Positions 23,014-32,174 of a stretch of 33,477 nucleotides of DNA are shown piece by piece (the first letter of the stretch is position 1; the number at the start of each line of letters is the position of its first letter). The notes beneath the pieces are model-generated. The model was not told where the DNA came from. It searched no databases and was given only the letters and a program-made list of their open reading frames with translations. The position numbers were made by a program, and so were the translations under genes. This stretch comes from a virus (lineage: Duplodnaviria; Heunggongvirae; Uroviricota; Caudoviricetes): IMG/VR virus record IMGVR_UViG_3300029193_000102, positions 1 to 33,477 of that record, one strand, 5' to 3'.

Positions 23014-25133
23014 ATCAGGTGAACGAGAGCCATAGCCGCGCATCCGATATCTGGCGCGAAGTGGCCTCGCTGTTTCGCCCGCCCAGCCGGTTACCAGTAG
23101 CGGAAGCCATCAGGCGTTATATGCGGGTACCACGGGGAGCCAATACTTCCGGTCCGTGGGAGTCATCGCTGACGCCCTATATGATTGACCCCATTAATAC
23201 ATTATCAGCCCGTGAATATGACGCGGTGGTGTTTGTGGGACCTGCGCGAACCGGGAAAACCGAAGGGCTGATTGACGGCTGGATTGTGTACGGCATCATC
23301 TGTGATCCGGCGGATATGCTGGTGGTGCAAATGACCGAGACGAAGGCGCGGGAACACTCCAGAACGCGTCTTTCCAGAACGTTTCGTCACAGCCCGGAGG
23401 TCAGTAAGCGTCTCAGTCCTTCCCGTAATGACAACAACGTCCACGATAAAATGTTTCTTGACGGCTCCTTCCTGAAGATTGGCTGGCCGTCGATCACTGT
23501 ATTTTCTTCTTCGGATTACCGTCGTGTGGCGCTGACGGATTATGACCGTTTCCCTGAAAACGTGGACGGGGAAGGGGATGCCTTCACCCTGGCATCAAAG
23601 CGTACCACCACCTTTATGTCCTCGGGGATGACCCTGGTCGAGAGTTCGCCGGGGCGGGATATCACTGACACCAAATGGCGCTGTGGCGGCGCACATGAGG
23701 CACCGCCAACAACGGGGATCCTGTCACTGTATAACCGGGGAGACCGCCGCCGGTGGTACTGGCCGTGTCCGCACTGCGGGGAATATTTTCAGCCGGTGAT
23801 GGATAACATGACCGGATACCGGAATAACCCGGATTTTGTGGCTGCCGGTCAGGCTGCCCGTCTGATGTGTCCGCATTGTCGCGGGCTGATTGCCCCTGAG
23901 CAGAAACGCGAACTGAATAACAAAGGGATCTGGCTTCGTGAAGGTGAACGGGCGGTGGCGGACGGCAGTATCACCGGAACACCACGAAATTCCAGGATTG
24001 CGTCATTCTGGATGGAGGGGCCGGCTGCGGCGTTTCAGACCTGGGAACAACTGATTTTTAAACTGCTGGCGGCAGAAGAAGAGTATGAGCGAACCGGCAG
24101 TGAAGAGACCCTGAAAGCGGTGGTGAACACCGATATCGGACGCCCCTATCTGCCCCGTTCAGCCACGGAACAGCGTAAAAGTGAACTGCTTGAACAGCGT
24201 GCCGAGCCGTTTCCCCGGCGATCTGTGCCGGATGGTGTGCGTTTTATTGAGGCAACGGTTGACGTACAGGGCGGTAAAAATCGCCGTTTTGTTGTGCAGA
24301 TCACCGGATACGGAGAGCAGGGGGAACGCTGGATTGTTGATCGCTATAACATCCGGCATTCACTGCGCTGCAGTCCCAACGGTGAAAGTCTGCCGGTTGA
24401 TCCGGCGGCATATCCGGAGGACTGGGATTTGTTGCTGACGGATGTGTTCCATAAAACATGGCCGCTGGCTTCTGATCCGGATGTGCGCATGCGTCTGATG
24501 GCCATGGCGGTGGATACGGGAGGGGAAGCCGGGGTGACAGATAACGCCTATCGTTTCTGGCGTCGTTGCCGGAGTGACGGACTGGGCAACAGGGTGTTTC
24601 TGTTCAAGGGGGATGGACTTCGCCGTGACAGGCTGATTAACCGTACCTTCCCGGATAATACCGGCAGAAGTGCCCGCCGTGCCAGAGCCAGTGGCGATGT
24701 CGCGCTGTGGCTGGTTCAGACGGATGCGTTTAAGGACCGTGTAAATAATGCCCTGTGGCGTGACACACCAGGGCCGAACTATATCCACTTTCCCGACTGG
24801 CTGGGGCGATGGTTTTACGATGAGCTGACCTATGAAGAGCGCGGCAGTGACGGAAAATGGCGAAAACCGGGCAGGGGAGCTAACGAGGCGTTTGACCTGC
24901 TGGTTTATGCGGATGCGCTTGCCGTTCTGCATGGTTACGAAAAGATCCGCTGGCCCTCCGCACCGGACTGGGCACAGCGGGAAACGTGGCTCGTCTTCCC
25001 GCAGGAGCGTTCTGGTGAAACGGTATCCCCGGAACTGACGGCCGGGGCAGAAAAACGCCGTCGCCGGAAGAAAAAACTACGGACGGAGCGTGCGGAAGAT
25101 AATCCATGGATAACATCAGGAGGCTGGTTGTGA
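23010..25133 (+). CDS. A: Terminase large subunit (lambda gpA family)
   Basis: 707 aa; ATPase motif VGPARTGKTE, CPHCGE zinc motif and nuclease-region DTGG as in lambda gpA; GTG start overlapping the small-subunit stop. Confidence 0.9.
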   Translation: MNQVNESHSRASDIWREVASLFRPPSRLPVAEAIRRYMRVPRGANTSGPWESSLTPYMIDPINTLSAREYDAVVFVGPARTGKTEGLIDGWIVYGIICDPADMLVVQMTETKAREHSRTRLSRTFRHSPEVSKRLSPSRNDNNVHDKMFLDGSFLKIGWPSITVFSSSDYRRVALTDYDRFPENVDGEGDAFTLASKRTTTFMSSGMTLVESSPGRDITDTKWRCGGAHEAPPTTGILSLYNRGDRRRWYWPCPHCGEYFQPVMDNMTGYRNNPDFVAAGQAARLMCPHCRGLIAPEQKRELNNKGIWLREGERAVADGSITGTPRNSRIASFWMEGPAAAFQTWEQLIFKLLAAEEEYERTGSEETLKAVVNTDIGRPYLPRSATEQRKSELLEQRAEPFPRRSVPDGVRFIEATVDVQGGKNRRFVVQITGYGEQGERWIVDRYNIRHSLRCSPNGESLPVDPAAYPEDWDLLLTDVFHKTWPLASDPDVRMRLMAMAVDTGGEAGVTDNAYRFWRRCRSDGLGNRVFLFKGDGLRRDRLINRTFPDNTGRSARRARASGDVALWLVQTDAFKDRVNNALWRDTPGPNYIHFPDWLGRWFYDELTYEERGSDGKWRKPGRGANEAFDLLVYADALAVLHGYEKIRWPSAPDWAQRETWLVFPQERSGETVSPELTAGAEKRRRRKKKLRTERAEDNPWITSGGWL

Positions 25134-25342
25134 GCACAGAAGAAGCCAGAGAAATGATACAGCGGTACCGTGAAGCGGAAATGGCCGTACTGGAGGGGAA
25201 GTCTGTCACCTTCAACGGACAGCAACTGACGCTGGAAAGCCTTTCTCAGATCCGCGCCGGACGTCAGGAGTGGGAACGCAGGCTTGCCGCGATGGTGAGC
25301 CGCAGGCGGGGAAAACCAGGATTTAAACTGGCGAGGTTTTAA
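25130..25342 (+). CDS. W: Head-tail joining protein W-like
   Basis: ~70 aa from GTG 25130 (AGGAGG 6 nt upstream; alternative ATG 25106); C-terminus RRRGKPGF resembles lambda gpW. Confidence 0.6.
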   Translation: MSTEEAREMIQRYREAEMAVLEGKSVTFNGQQLTLESLSQIRAGRQEWERRLAAMVSRRRGKPGFKLARF

Positions 25343-26844
25343 TGGCAATTATTGATGATGTGATAGGCGTGTTTTCCCCCGGCTGGAAAGCAGCCAGACT
25401 GCGTTCAAGGGCGTTAATCATGGCCTATGAGGCGGTGAAACCGACCCGGACACATAAAGCCCGGCGGGAAAATCGCTCTGCTGATCAGCTCAGTAAATAC
25501 GGTGCGGTTTCCCTGCGGGAGCAGGCCCGTTTTCTGGATATCAATCATGACCTGGTGATTGGTGTGTTTGACAAGCTGGAAGAGCGGGTGATTGGTGCCA
25601 GGGGAATTATTGTGGAGCCTCAGCCATTACGAAAAAACGGGGAAATGGCGGCAGAGCTGGCTGCGGATATCCGCCGGTTGTGGGCTGAGTGGTCCGTGAG
25701 TCCGGATGTGACAGGGCAGTATACCCGTCCCGTGCTTGAACGTTTACTGCTGCGGACCTGGCTGCGGGATGGTGAAGTGTTTGCGCAGATGGTCAGTGGT
25801 GCGGGAAACGGTCTGGAACGGACGGCGGGAGTGCCATTCTGGCTTGAGGCGATGGAGCCGGATTTTGTTCCCATGCGCACTGATGAATCCGCCGGACTGA
25901 ATCAGGGGGTTTTTCTTGATGAGTGGGGAAGACCGAAAAAATATCTGGTTTATAAAAATTATCCGGTCAGCGGCCGGCAGAGTGATACGAAAGAAATCGC
26001 TGCCGGAAAAATGATCCACCTGAAGTTCACTCGTCGTCTGCATCAGACGCGAGGCTCATCCATGTTATCGGGGGTGCTGATACGGATCAGTGCCCTTAAG
26101 GAGTATGAGGATGCGGAACTCACTGCGGCGCGTATTGCCGCGGCGCTGGGACTGTATATCCGTAAAGGTGACGGGCAGGACTATGAAGAGCCGGGGATCA
26201 AAGAAACCGACCGGGAAGTCCATATCACACCGGGTATTATTTATGACGATTTGCGCAAGGGCGAGGATATCGGCATGGTCAAATCAGACCGTCCCAATCC
26301 CAACCTTGAAACTTTCCGCAACGGCCAGTTGCGTGCAGTGGCAGCGGGCAGTCGTCTGAGTTTTTCCAGTGCGGCGCGTAACTATAACGGCACCTACAGT
26401 GCCCAGCGGCAGGAGCTGGTCGAGTCCACGGATGGTTACCTGATCCTGCAGGACTGTTTTATTGGCGCGGTAACCCGTCCGGTGTACCGGACATGGCTGA
26501 ATATGGTGGTTGCGGCAGGTCTGCTGAAAATTCCGGCGGATGTGGAGATGAAAACGCTATATAACGCGACGTATTCCGGTCCGGTGATGCCGTGGATCGA
26601 CCCGGTTAAGGAAGCTGAAGCCTGGAGAATTCAGATCCGGGGTGGTGCAGCGACAGAATCTGACTGGGTGCGTGCCGGCGGGCGCAATCCGGATGAGGTC
26701 AAACGTCGCCGCAAGGCTGAAATTGATGAAAACAGCAGACTGGGGCTGGTCTTTGATACTGACCCCGTCAACGACAAAGGAGGCAACAGTGCCGGAACTG
26801 AACAACAGCGTCAGCAGGCCACCGACAGCCAGCATGAAGAATAA
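25342..26844 (+). CDS. B: Portal protein (lambda gpB family)
   Basis: 500 aa, placed after W and before the protease as in lambda. Confidence 0.85.
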   Translation: MAIIDDVIGVFSPGWKAARLRSRALIMAYEAVKPTRTHKARRENRSADQLSKYGAVSLREQARFLDINHDLVIGVFDKLEERVIGARGIIVEPQPLRKNGEMAAELAADIRRLWAEWSVSPDVTGQYTRPVLERLLLRTWLRDGEVFAQMVSGAGNGLERTAGVPFWLEAMEPDFVPMRTDESAGLNQGVFLDEWGRPKKYLVYKNYPVSGRQSDTKEIAAGKMIHLKFTRRLHQTRGSSMLSGVLIRISALKEYEDAELTAARIAAALGLYIRKGDGQDYEEPGIKETDREVHITPGIIYDDLRKGEDIGMVKSDRPNPNLETFRNGQLRAVAAGSRLSFSSAARNYNGTYSAQRQELVESTDGYLILQDCFIGAVTRPVYRTWLNMVVAAGLLKIPADVEMKTLYNATYSGPVMPWIDPVKEAEAWRIQIRGGAATESDWVRAGGRNPDEVKRRRKAEIDENSRLGLVFDTDPVNDKGGNSAGTEQQRQQATDSQHEE

Positions 26845-28813
26845 ATCCTGGTTCAGGATGCAGGCGGGTGGTCAGGGTGAGGCGGATATTTATATTTATG
26901 ACGAGATTGGTTTCTGGGGAGTTACCGCGAAGCAGTTTGTCAGCGATATGAATGCCCTGGGTGATATCACCCACATTAATCTCCACATCAACTCACCGGG
27001 TGGCGATGTCTTTGAAGGCATCGCCATTTTTAATGCCCTGAAAAATCACGGTGCGGCCATTACCGTGTATGTGGATGGCGTTGCCGCCTCGATGGCATCC
27101 CTGATTGCGATGGCCGGTGACACGGTCATTATGCCGGAAAATGCCTTCATGATGATCCATAAACCCTGGGGGATCAGCGGTGGTGATGCGGAGAAAATGC
27201 GCACTTATGCCGAACGTCTGGACAAACTTGAGTCGGTTATGGTGCCGGTATATGCGCAGAAAACCGGAAAAACTACCGATGAAATTGCCGCCATGCTGGC
27301 GGATGAGACCTGGATGTCCGGTGCCGAGTGTCTGGCACACGGATTTGCAGACCAGGTGACGCCAGCCGTTAAGGCAATGGCATGTATTCAGTCAAAACGT
27401 ACAGAGGAATTTAAAAAGATGCCGGAATCCATCCGAAATATGATCACGCAGCCATACAACAGTGCCCCGCGTGATACCACAGTGACAATCCCTGCACCGG
27501 CGGTAACAGAACCATCACCGGTACCGGCAGTGTCTGATGAGGCGACCATTCGCGCCCGCGTTATGGCAGAACAGAAAGCCCGCATGTCAGGCATTAACGA
27601 TCTGTTTGCCATGTTCGGCGGTCGCTATCAGACGCTTCAGGCACAGTGCGTGGCTGATCCTGACTGTTCGCTGGAAATGGCCCGTGAACGTCTGCTGAAT
27701 GAAATGGGCAAGGAGTCCTCGCCGACCAACAAAAATACACCGGCTCATATTTATGCCGGAAACGGCAATTTTGTGGGGGACGGGATCCGCCAGGCGATGC
27801 TGGCCCGTGCCGGATTTGAAAATGTCGAGAAGGATAACGCCTATAACGGGATGACCCTGCGTGAATGGGCTCGCATGTCACTGACGGAGCGCGGTATTGG
27901 GGTGGCCAGTTATAACCCCATGCAGATGGTCGGGCTGGCGCTGACGCACAGCACCTCTGATTTTGGCAATATTCTGCTGGATGTGTCGAACAAGGGGCTG
28001 ATCCAGGGCTGGGAGGAATCAGAAGAAACCTTCCAGAAGTGGACCCGTAAGGGACGCCTGTCAGACTTCAAAACAGCGTATCGCGTGGGGATGGGCGGTT
28101 TTGGTTCTCTGCGCCAGGTTCGTGAGGGGGCGGAGTATAAATACATCACCACCTCAGATCGCAAGGAGACCATTGCACTGGCCACTTACGGGGAGATTTT
28201 CTCCATCACCCGCCAGGCCATTATCAATGATGATCTGAATATGCTGGTGGACGTGCCGATGAAGATGGGGCGTGCGGCGAAGGCAACGATTGGTGACCTG
28301 GTTTACAAGGTGCTGACGGATAACCCGAAACTGTCAGACGGTAAGGCGCTGTTCCATGCCGATCACAAAAATATTGCCACCGGTGGGATTTCCGTTTCCG
28401 GACTGGATGCGGCCCGTCAGATGATGCGCCTGCAGAAAGAAGGCGATCGCGCCCTGAATATCCGTCCGGCCTTTATGCTGGTACCGGTGGCACTGGAGAC
28501 GGTGGCGAACCAGACCATCAAATCGGCCAGTGTGAAAGGGGCGGATGCAAACGCCGGTGTCATTAACCCCATCCAGAACTTTGCTGAGGTGATTGCAGAA
28601 GCGCGTCTTGATGCGGCAGATCCGAAAACCTGGTATCTGGCGGCGGCACAGGGCACTGACACCATTGAAGTGGCCTGGCTGGATGGTGTGGACACTCCAT
28701 ACATTGATCAGCAGGAAGGTTTCACCACTGACGGCATTGCCACAAAAATCCGTATTGATGCCGGAGTGGCACCACTTGACTGGCGCGGGCTGGTGCGTTC
28801 GTCGGTGGCCTGA
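26834..28813 (+). CDS. Prohead protease (ClpP/S49-like) fused to a putative major capsid domain
   Basis: ~660 aa from ATG 26834 (track ORF begins 26642 inside the portal gene); protease region INSPGGDVFEGIAIFNAL...ASMASLIAMAGD; C-terminal ~330 aa of capsid-like character; no separate major capsid gene follows. Confidence 0.7.
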   Translation: MKNKSWFRMQAGGQGEADIYIYDEIGFWGVTAKQFVSDMNALGDITHINLHINSPGGDVFEGIAIFNALKNHGAAITVYVDGVAASMASLIAMAGDTVIMPENAFMMIHKPWGISGGDAEKMRTYAERLDKLESVMVPVYAQKTGKTTDEIAAMLADETWMSGAECLAHGFADQVTPAVKAMACIQSKRTEEFKKMPESIRNMITQPYNSAPRDTTVTIPAPAVTEPSPVPAVSDEATIRARVMAEQKARMSGINDLFAMFGGRYQTLQAQCVADPDCSLEMARERLLNEMGKESSPTNKNTPAHIYAGNGNFVGDGIRQAMLARAGFENVEKDNAYNGMTLREWARMSLTERGIGVASYNPMQMVGLALTHSTSDFGNILLDVSNKGLIQGWEESEETFQKWTRKGRLSDFKTAYRVGMGGFGSLRQVREGAEYKYITTSDRKETIALATYGEIFSITRQAIINDDLNMLVDVPMKMGRAAKATIGDLVYKVLTDNPKLSDGKALFHADHKNIATGGISVSGLDAARQMMRLQKEGDRALNIRPAFMLVPVALETVANQTIKSASVKGADANAGVINPIQNFAEVIAEARLDAADPKTWYLAAAQGTDTIEVAWLDGVDTPYIDQQEGFTTDGIATKIRIDAGVAPLDWRGLVRSSVA

Positions 28814-28835
28814 TAACCGAGTTATCACAATCACT

Positions 28836-28854
28836 GCCCGAAAGGGCTTTTTTT
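28836..28854 (+). terminator. Terminator-like hairpin plus T7 after the capsid gene
   Basis: GCCC-GAAA-GGGC followed by TTTTTTT; preceded by palindrome TGATAACCGAGTTATCA (28811..28827). Confidence 0.4.
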
Positions 28855-28901
28855 ATGCCTGAAAAACAGCCCCACAGGGGGCTGTCCGGAGAAACAGCAT
28901 T

Positions 28902-29228
28902 ATGGCGAAAAATTTTGTACAGGACGGTACCACCATTGAACTGGTGAATGCCGGAGATCAGACCATCCTGAGCGGTGCTGCGGTGGTGGTCGGCAGTATG
29001 GTGGCCGTGGCCATTACCGATATTCCTGCCGGTGATGCCGGTGACGGTTTTGCCGAAGGCGTGTTCCTTCTGCCCAAACAGTCTGCTGACGACATTCAGT
29101 CCGGCGCGGTGGTTTATCTGAAGGACGGGGTTGTGCAGCTGGCTGCAGAGGGTGCGGTGGCCGCGGGGGTAGCCTGGGAAAATGCTCCTGCAAACAGCGC
29201 CACTGTGGCGGTAAAAATCAATGTCTGA
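28902..29228 (+). CDS. Putative head decoration protein
   Basis: 108 aa Gly/Ala/Val-rich protein directly after the capsid gene; lambda D-equivalent position. Confidence 0.5.
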   Translation: MAKNFVQDGTTIELVNAGDQTILSGAAVVVGSMVAVAITDIPAGDAGDGFAEGVFLLPKQSADDIQSGAVVYLKDGVVQLAAEGAVAAGVAWENAPANSATVAVKINV

Positions 29229-29502
29229 TCTGTTTACGCGAATGTGTTGCCGGATGGACGGGGCGACCGTTCGGGTGATGGGCAAACAGGCGGAGATTAA
29301 CGGCGTCGTGTATGACGTGATGCCGGAGGAAGAGTCCGCGGAGATGGGGGCGCTTTCGGGCAGCCAGTTGTCACTGGTGGTGTTTTCAGCCCGGTACCGT
29401 CCGGCCCGTCATGATGTTGTTGTGTTTGATGGCCGTACACTGACGGTGACCCGTTATGACACGTACAACGGTAAACCCCGGATTTTTGTCGAACAGGAAT
29501 GA
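29221..29502 (+). CDS. Putative head-tail connector / head completion protein
   Basis: 93 aa; overlaps upstream stop; position between decoration protein and Z. Confidence 0.45.
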   Translation: MSDLFTRMCCRMDGATVRVMGKQAEINGVVYDVMPEEESAEMGALSGSQLSLVVFSARYRPARHDVVVFDGRTLTVTRYDTYNGKPRIFVEQE

Positions 29503-29504
29503 GC

Positions 29505-30128
29505 ATGGCAATAAAAGGTCTGGCGCAGGCCATGAAAAATCTGGATGCAATTGACCGCCGTGCCGTTCCCCGGGCCTCTGCCACGACACTGAACCGCGTG
29601 GCGGGGGCCATCATTGCGAAAACGGCCACTTCAGTTGCCAGGGAGCTGGCCGTTCCCCGCCGTCTTATCCGTGCCCGCATCCGGTTAAGTCCGGCACGAC
29701 CGGATAAGGTTTATGCAAAGGTTTACATCAATACCGGCAACCTGCCTGCCATCAAACTGGGGGAGGCCCGCGTTCGACTTTCCCGCAGAAAACGGAGAAA
29801 GAAAGGACAGCGTGCGGCCCTGAAAGGGGGCGGCAGTGTGCTGATTGTGGGGAAAAGACGGATCCCGGACGCCTTTATCACCCGACTGGCTAACGGACGC
29901 TGGCATGTGATGCAGCGTATGCCGTGGGCACCATCGTCCACCGGCGCTGACAGCAAAGGGAGGCCGAAACGCCACCGTCTGCCAATTGAAGTGGTGAAAA
30001 TTCCGACTGCCGGACCGCTGGCAGAAACCTTTGAACGTGAACGGGACCGGATGTACCGGGAAAAATTACCAGTGCAGATGATGAAAGCCATGACGCATCA
30101 GTTACGCCTGGTGCTGAAAAGAAAATGA
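29505..30128 (+). CDS. Z: Tail completion protein Z
   Basis: MAIKGLAQA..., RRKRRKKGQRAALKGGGSVL, NGRWHVMQR, VVKIP and HQLRLVLKR match recalled lambda gpZ. Confidence 0.8.
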   Translation: MAIKGLAQAMKNLDAIDRRAVPRASATTLNRVAGAIIAKTATSVARELAVPRRLIRARIRLSPARPDKVYAKVYINTGNLPAIKLGEARVRLSRRKRRKKGQRAALKGGGSVLIVGKRRIPDAFITRLANGRWHVMQRMPWAPSSTGADSKGRPKRHRLPIEVVKIPTAGPLAETFERERDRMYREKLPVQMMKAMTHQLRLVLKRK

Positions 30129-30140
30129 CAGGGAGGGTGT

Positions 30141-30539
30141 ATGAAACACCGTGAAATACGGGCGGCAGTTCTGTCTGCCCTGAAAGACAATATTTCTGAG
30201 CGGGTGAGCTGGTTTGACGGCCGCCCGGTTTTTATTGATGAACAGGAACTGCCTGCTGTTGCTGTTTACCTGACTGATGCGTCTGCTGCTGACGAGTTCG
30301 TTGATGAGGGGACCTGGGAGGCGACACTGCATATTGAATTTTTTCTCAGGGCAAAAGAACCGGACTCGGCACTGGATATGTGGATGGAAGAGAAAATCCT
30401 TCCTGCGCTGGAGGCGGTTCCCGGCCTCAGTGCGTTACTGCTGAAGATGAATCTTCAGGGGTATGACTACCGCCGGGATGATGAGTTTATGATGTGGGGA
30501 TCGGCAGATCTCCTGTGGAAAATTACCTACGAGATGTGA
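30141..30539 (+). CDS. U: Tail terminator protein U
   Basis: [11 protein letters not shown]...FPAVAVYLT...GYDYRRDD...ITYEM match recalled lambda gpU. Confidence 0.85.
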   Translation: MKHREIRAAVLSALKDNISERVSWFDGRPVFIDEQELPAVAVYLTDASAADEFVDEGTWEATLHIEFFLRAKEPDSALDMWMEEKILPALEAVPGLSALLLKMNLQGYDYRRDDEFMMWGSADLLWKITYEM

Positions 30540-30546
30540 GGACGAT

Positions 30547-31293
30547 ATGGCAACACCAAATCCCCTGGAGCCGGTAAAAGGTGCCGGTACCACTCTGTGG
30601 GTTTACAACGGCAAGGCTGATGCTTATGCAAACCCGTTGTCAGACGATGACTGGCAGCGACTGGCTAAGGTGAAGGATCTGACGCCGGGCGAGATGACGG
30701 CTGAACCCTACGATGATAACTACCTGGATGATGAAGACGCGGACTGGACCGCGACCGGGCAGGGACAGAAATCTGCAGGTGATACCAGTTTTACGCTGGC
30801 CTGGAAACCGGGAGAGGAAGGTCAGAAAGGGCTTATAGGCTGGTTTGAAAGCGGCGATGTCCGGGCCTATAAAATCCGTTTTCCGAATGGCACGGTGGAT
30901 GTGTTTCGTGGCTGGGTCAGCAGTATCGGTAAGGCCGTGACGGCGAAAGAAGTGATCACCCGCACGGTGAAAGTCACTAACGTGGGTAAACCTTCTGTAG
31001 CGGAAGAACGCAGCAAAATTACGCCGGTCACTGCGATTAAGGTAACGCCGACAGGTACGGTTGAAAAAGGGAAAACAACCACCCTGACCGTTACTGTGGA
31101 ACCGGAAAATGCAACGGATAAGACATTCAGGGCGATTTCCGCCGATCCATCGAAAGCCACCATTAGCGTGAAAGATATGACGATTACTGTGACGGGGGTT
31201 AAGGATGGAAAAGTCAGCATCCCTGTGATTTCCGGTAATGGTCAGTTTGCTGCGGTGGCTGAAATTACCGTTAATAATGTGCCGGGTGGCTAA
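30547..31293 (+). CDS. V: Major tail protein V with C-terminal Ig-like domain
   Basis: Near-identical stretches to recalled lambda gpV ([52 protein letters not shown]). Confidence 0.9.
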   Translation: MATPNPLEPVKGAGTTLWVYNGKADAYANPLSDDDWQRLAKVKDLTPGEMTAEPYDDNYLDDEDADWTATGQGQKSAGDTSFTLAWKPGEEGQKGLIGWFESGDVRAYKIRFPNGTVDVFRGWVSSIGKAVTAKEVITRTVKVTNVGKPSVAEERSKITPVTAIKVTPTGTVEKGKTTTLTVTVEPENATDKTFRAISADPSKATISVKDMTITVTGVKDGKVSIPVISGNGQFAAVAEITVNNVPGG

Positions 31294-31311
31294 AGAGCTG
31301 AGAGATAAGCG

Positions 31312-31743
31312 ATGTTCCTGAAAACAGAACAATTTGAATATAACGGTGTATCCGTCACGCTTTCTGAGCTGTCTGCGCTGCAGCGTATTGAGCATCTTGC
31401 CCTCCTGAAACGGCGGGCAGAAGAGGCTGAAGCCAGCGGCAACCTGCAGGTGAGTGTGGAAGATCTTGTCAGAACCGGCGCGTTTCTGGTGGCGATGTCC
31501 CTGTGGCATAACCATCCACAGAAAACGCAGTCACCGTCAATGAATGAGGCCGTGATGAAGATAGAGCAGGAAGTGCTCACCACCTGGCCTGCCGATGCCA
31601 TTGCCCGGGCGGAAGACGTGGTGTTGTGCCTGTCCGGGATGATCGAAGCTGTTCGTCCGGATACTGATATTACTGAAGTGGCGAAAAATAACACGCTGAC
31701 TGATGATGATTTTTCTGCGGGAAAGTCTTCGACGGTGAGCTGA
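31312..31743 (+). CDS. G: Tail assembly chaperone G
   Basis: MFLKTEQFEYNGVSVTLSELSALQRIEHLAL...FLVAMSLWHNHPQKTQ...SAGKSSTVS matches recalled lambda gpG. Confidence 0.85.
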   Translation: MFLKTEQFEYNGVSVTLSELSALQRIEHLALLKRRAEEAEASGNLQVSVEDLVRTGAFLVAMSLWHNHPQKTQSPSMNEAVMKIEQEVLTTWPADAIARAEDVVLCLSGMIEAVRPDTDITEVAKNNTLTDDDFSAGKSSTVS

Positions 31744-32174
31744 ACTTTGCCCTCAGACTGGCGCGTGAGATGGGGAGACCCGACTGGCGCGCCATGCTTG
31801 CCGGGATGACATCCACCGAATATGCCGACTGGCACCGTTTTTACCGCACGCATTATTTTCAGGATACCCAGCTGGATATGCATTTTTCCGGGCTGACGTA
31901 CGCTGTACTCAGCCTGTTTTTTTGCGATCCGGATATGCATCCCTCTGATTTCAGTCTGCTGGCACCCCGACGTGATGATGAGCAGACGGAGATGCCGGAT
32001 GAGGACGATATGCTGATGCGGAAAGCGGCAGGTCTTTCTGGTGGTGTCCGCTTTGGGGCTGACGGGAAGGAAATCGTTATGGTCAGTGATGACATGCGGA
32101 GCAGTACAGAGGATGAAGCCATGCTGATGATGGTGTCTGAGGGAATTCCAGGAGGTGTACGCTATGGCGGGTAA
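31312..32174 (+). CDS. T: Tail assembly chaperone G-T fusion made by programmed -1 ribosomal frameshift at GGGAAAG (31719..31725)
   Basis: Slippery heptamer in X XXY YYZ register near the end of G; -1 frame continues VFDGELNFALRLAREMGRPDWRAMLAG... matching recalled lambda gpT. Confidence 0.75.

Noticed and set aside
26642-26833. Upstream extension of the protease-capsid ORF
   Set aside because: Overlaps the 3' end of the portal gene in another frame; the ATG at 26834 next to the portal stop is a more plausible start.
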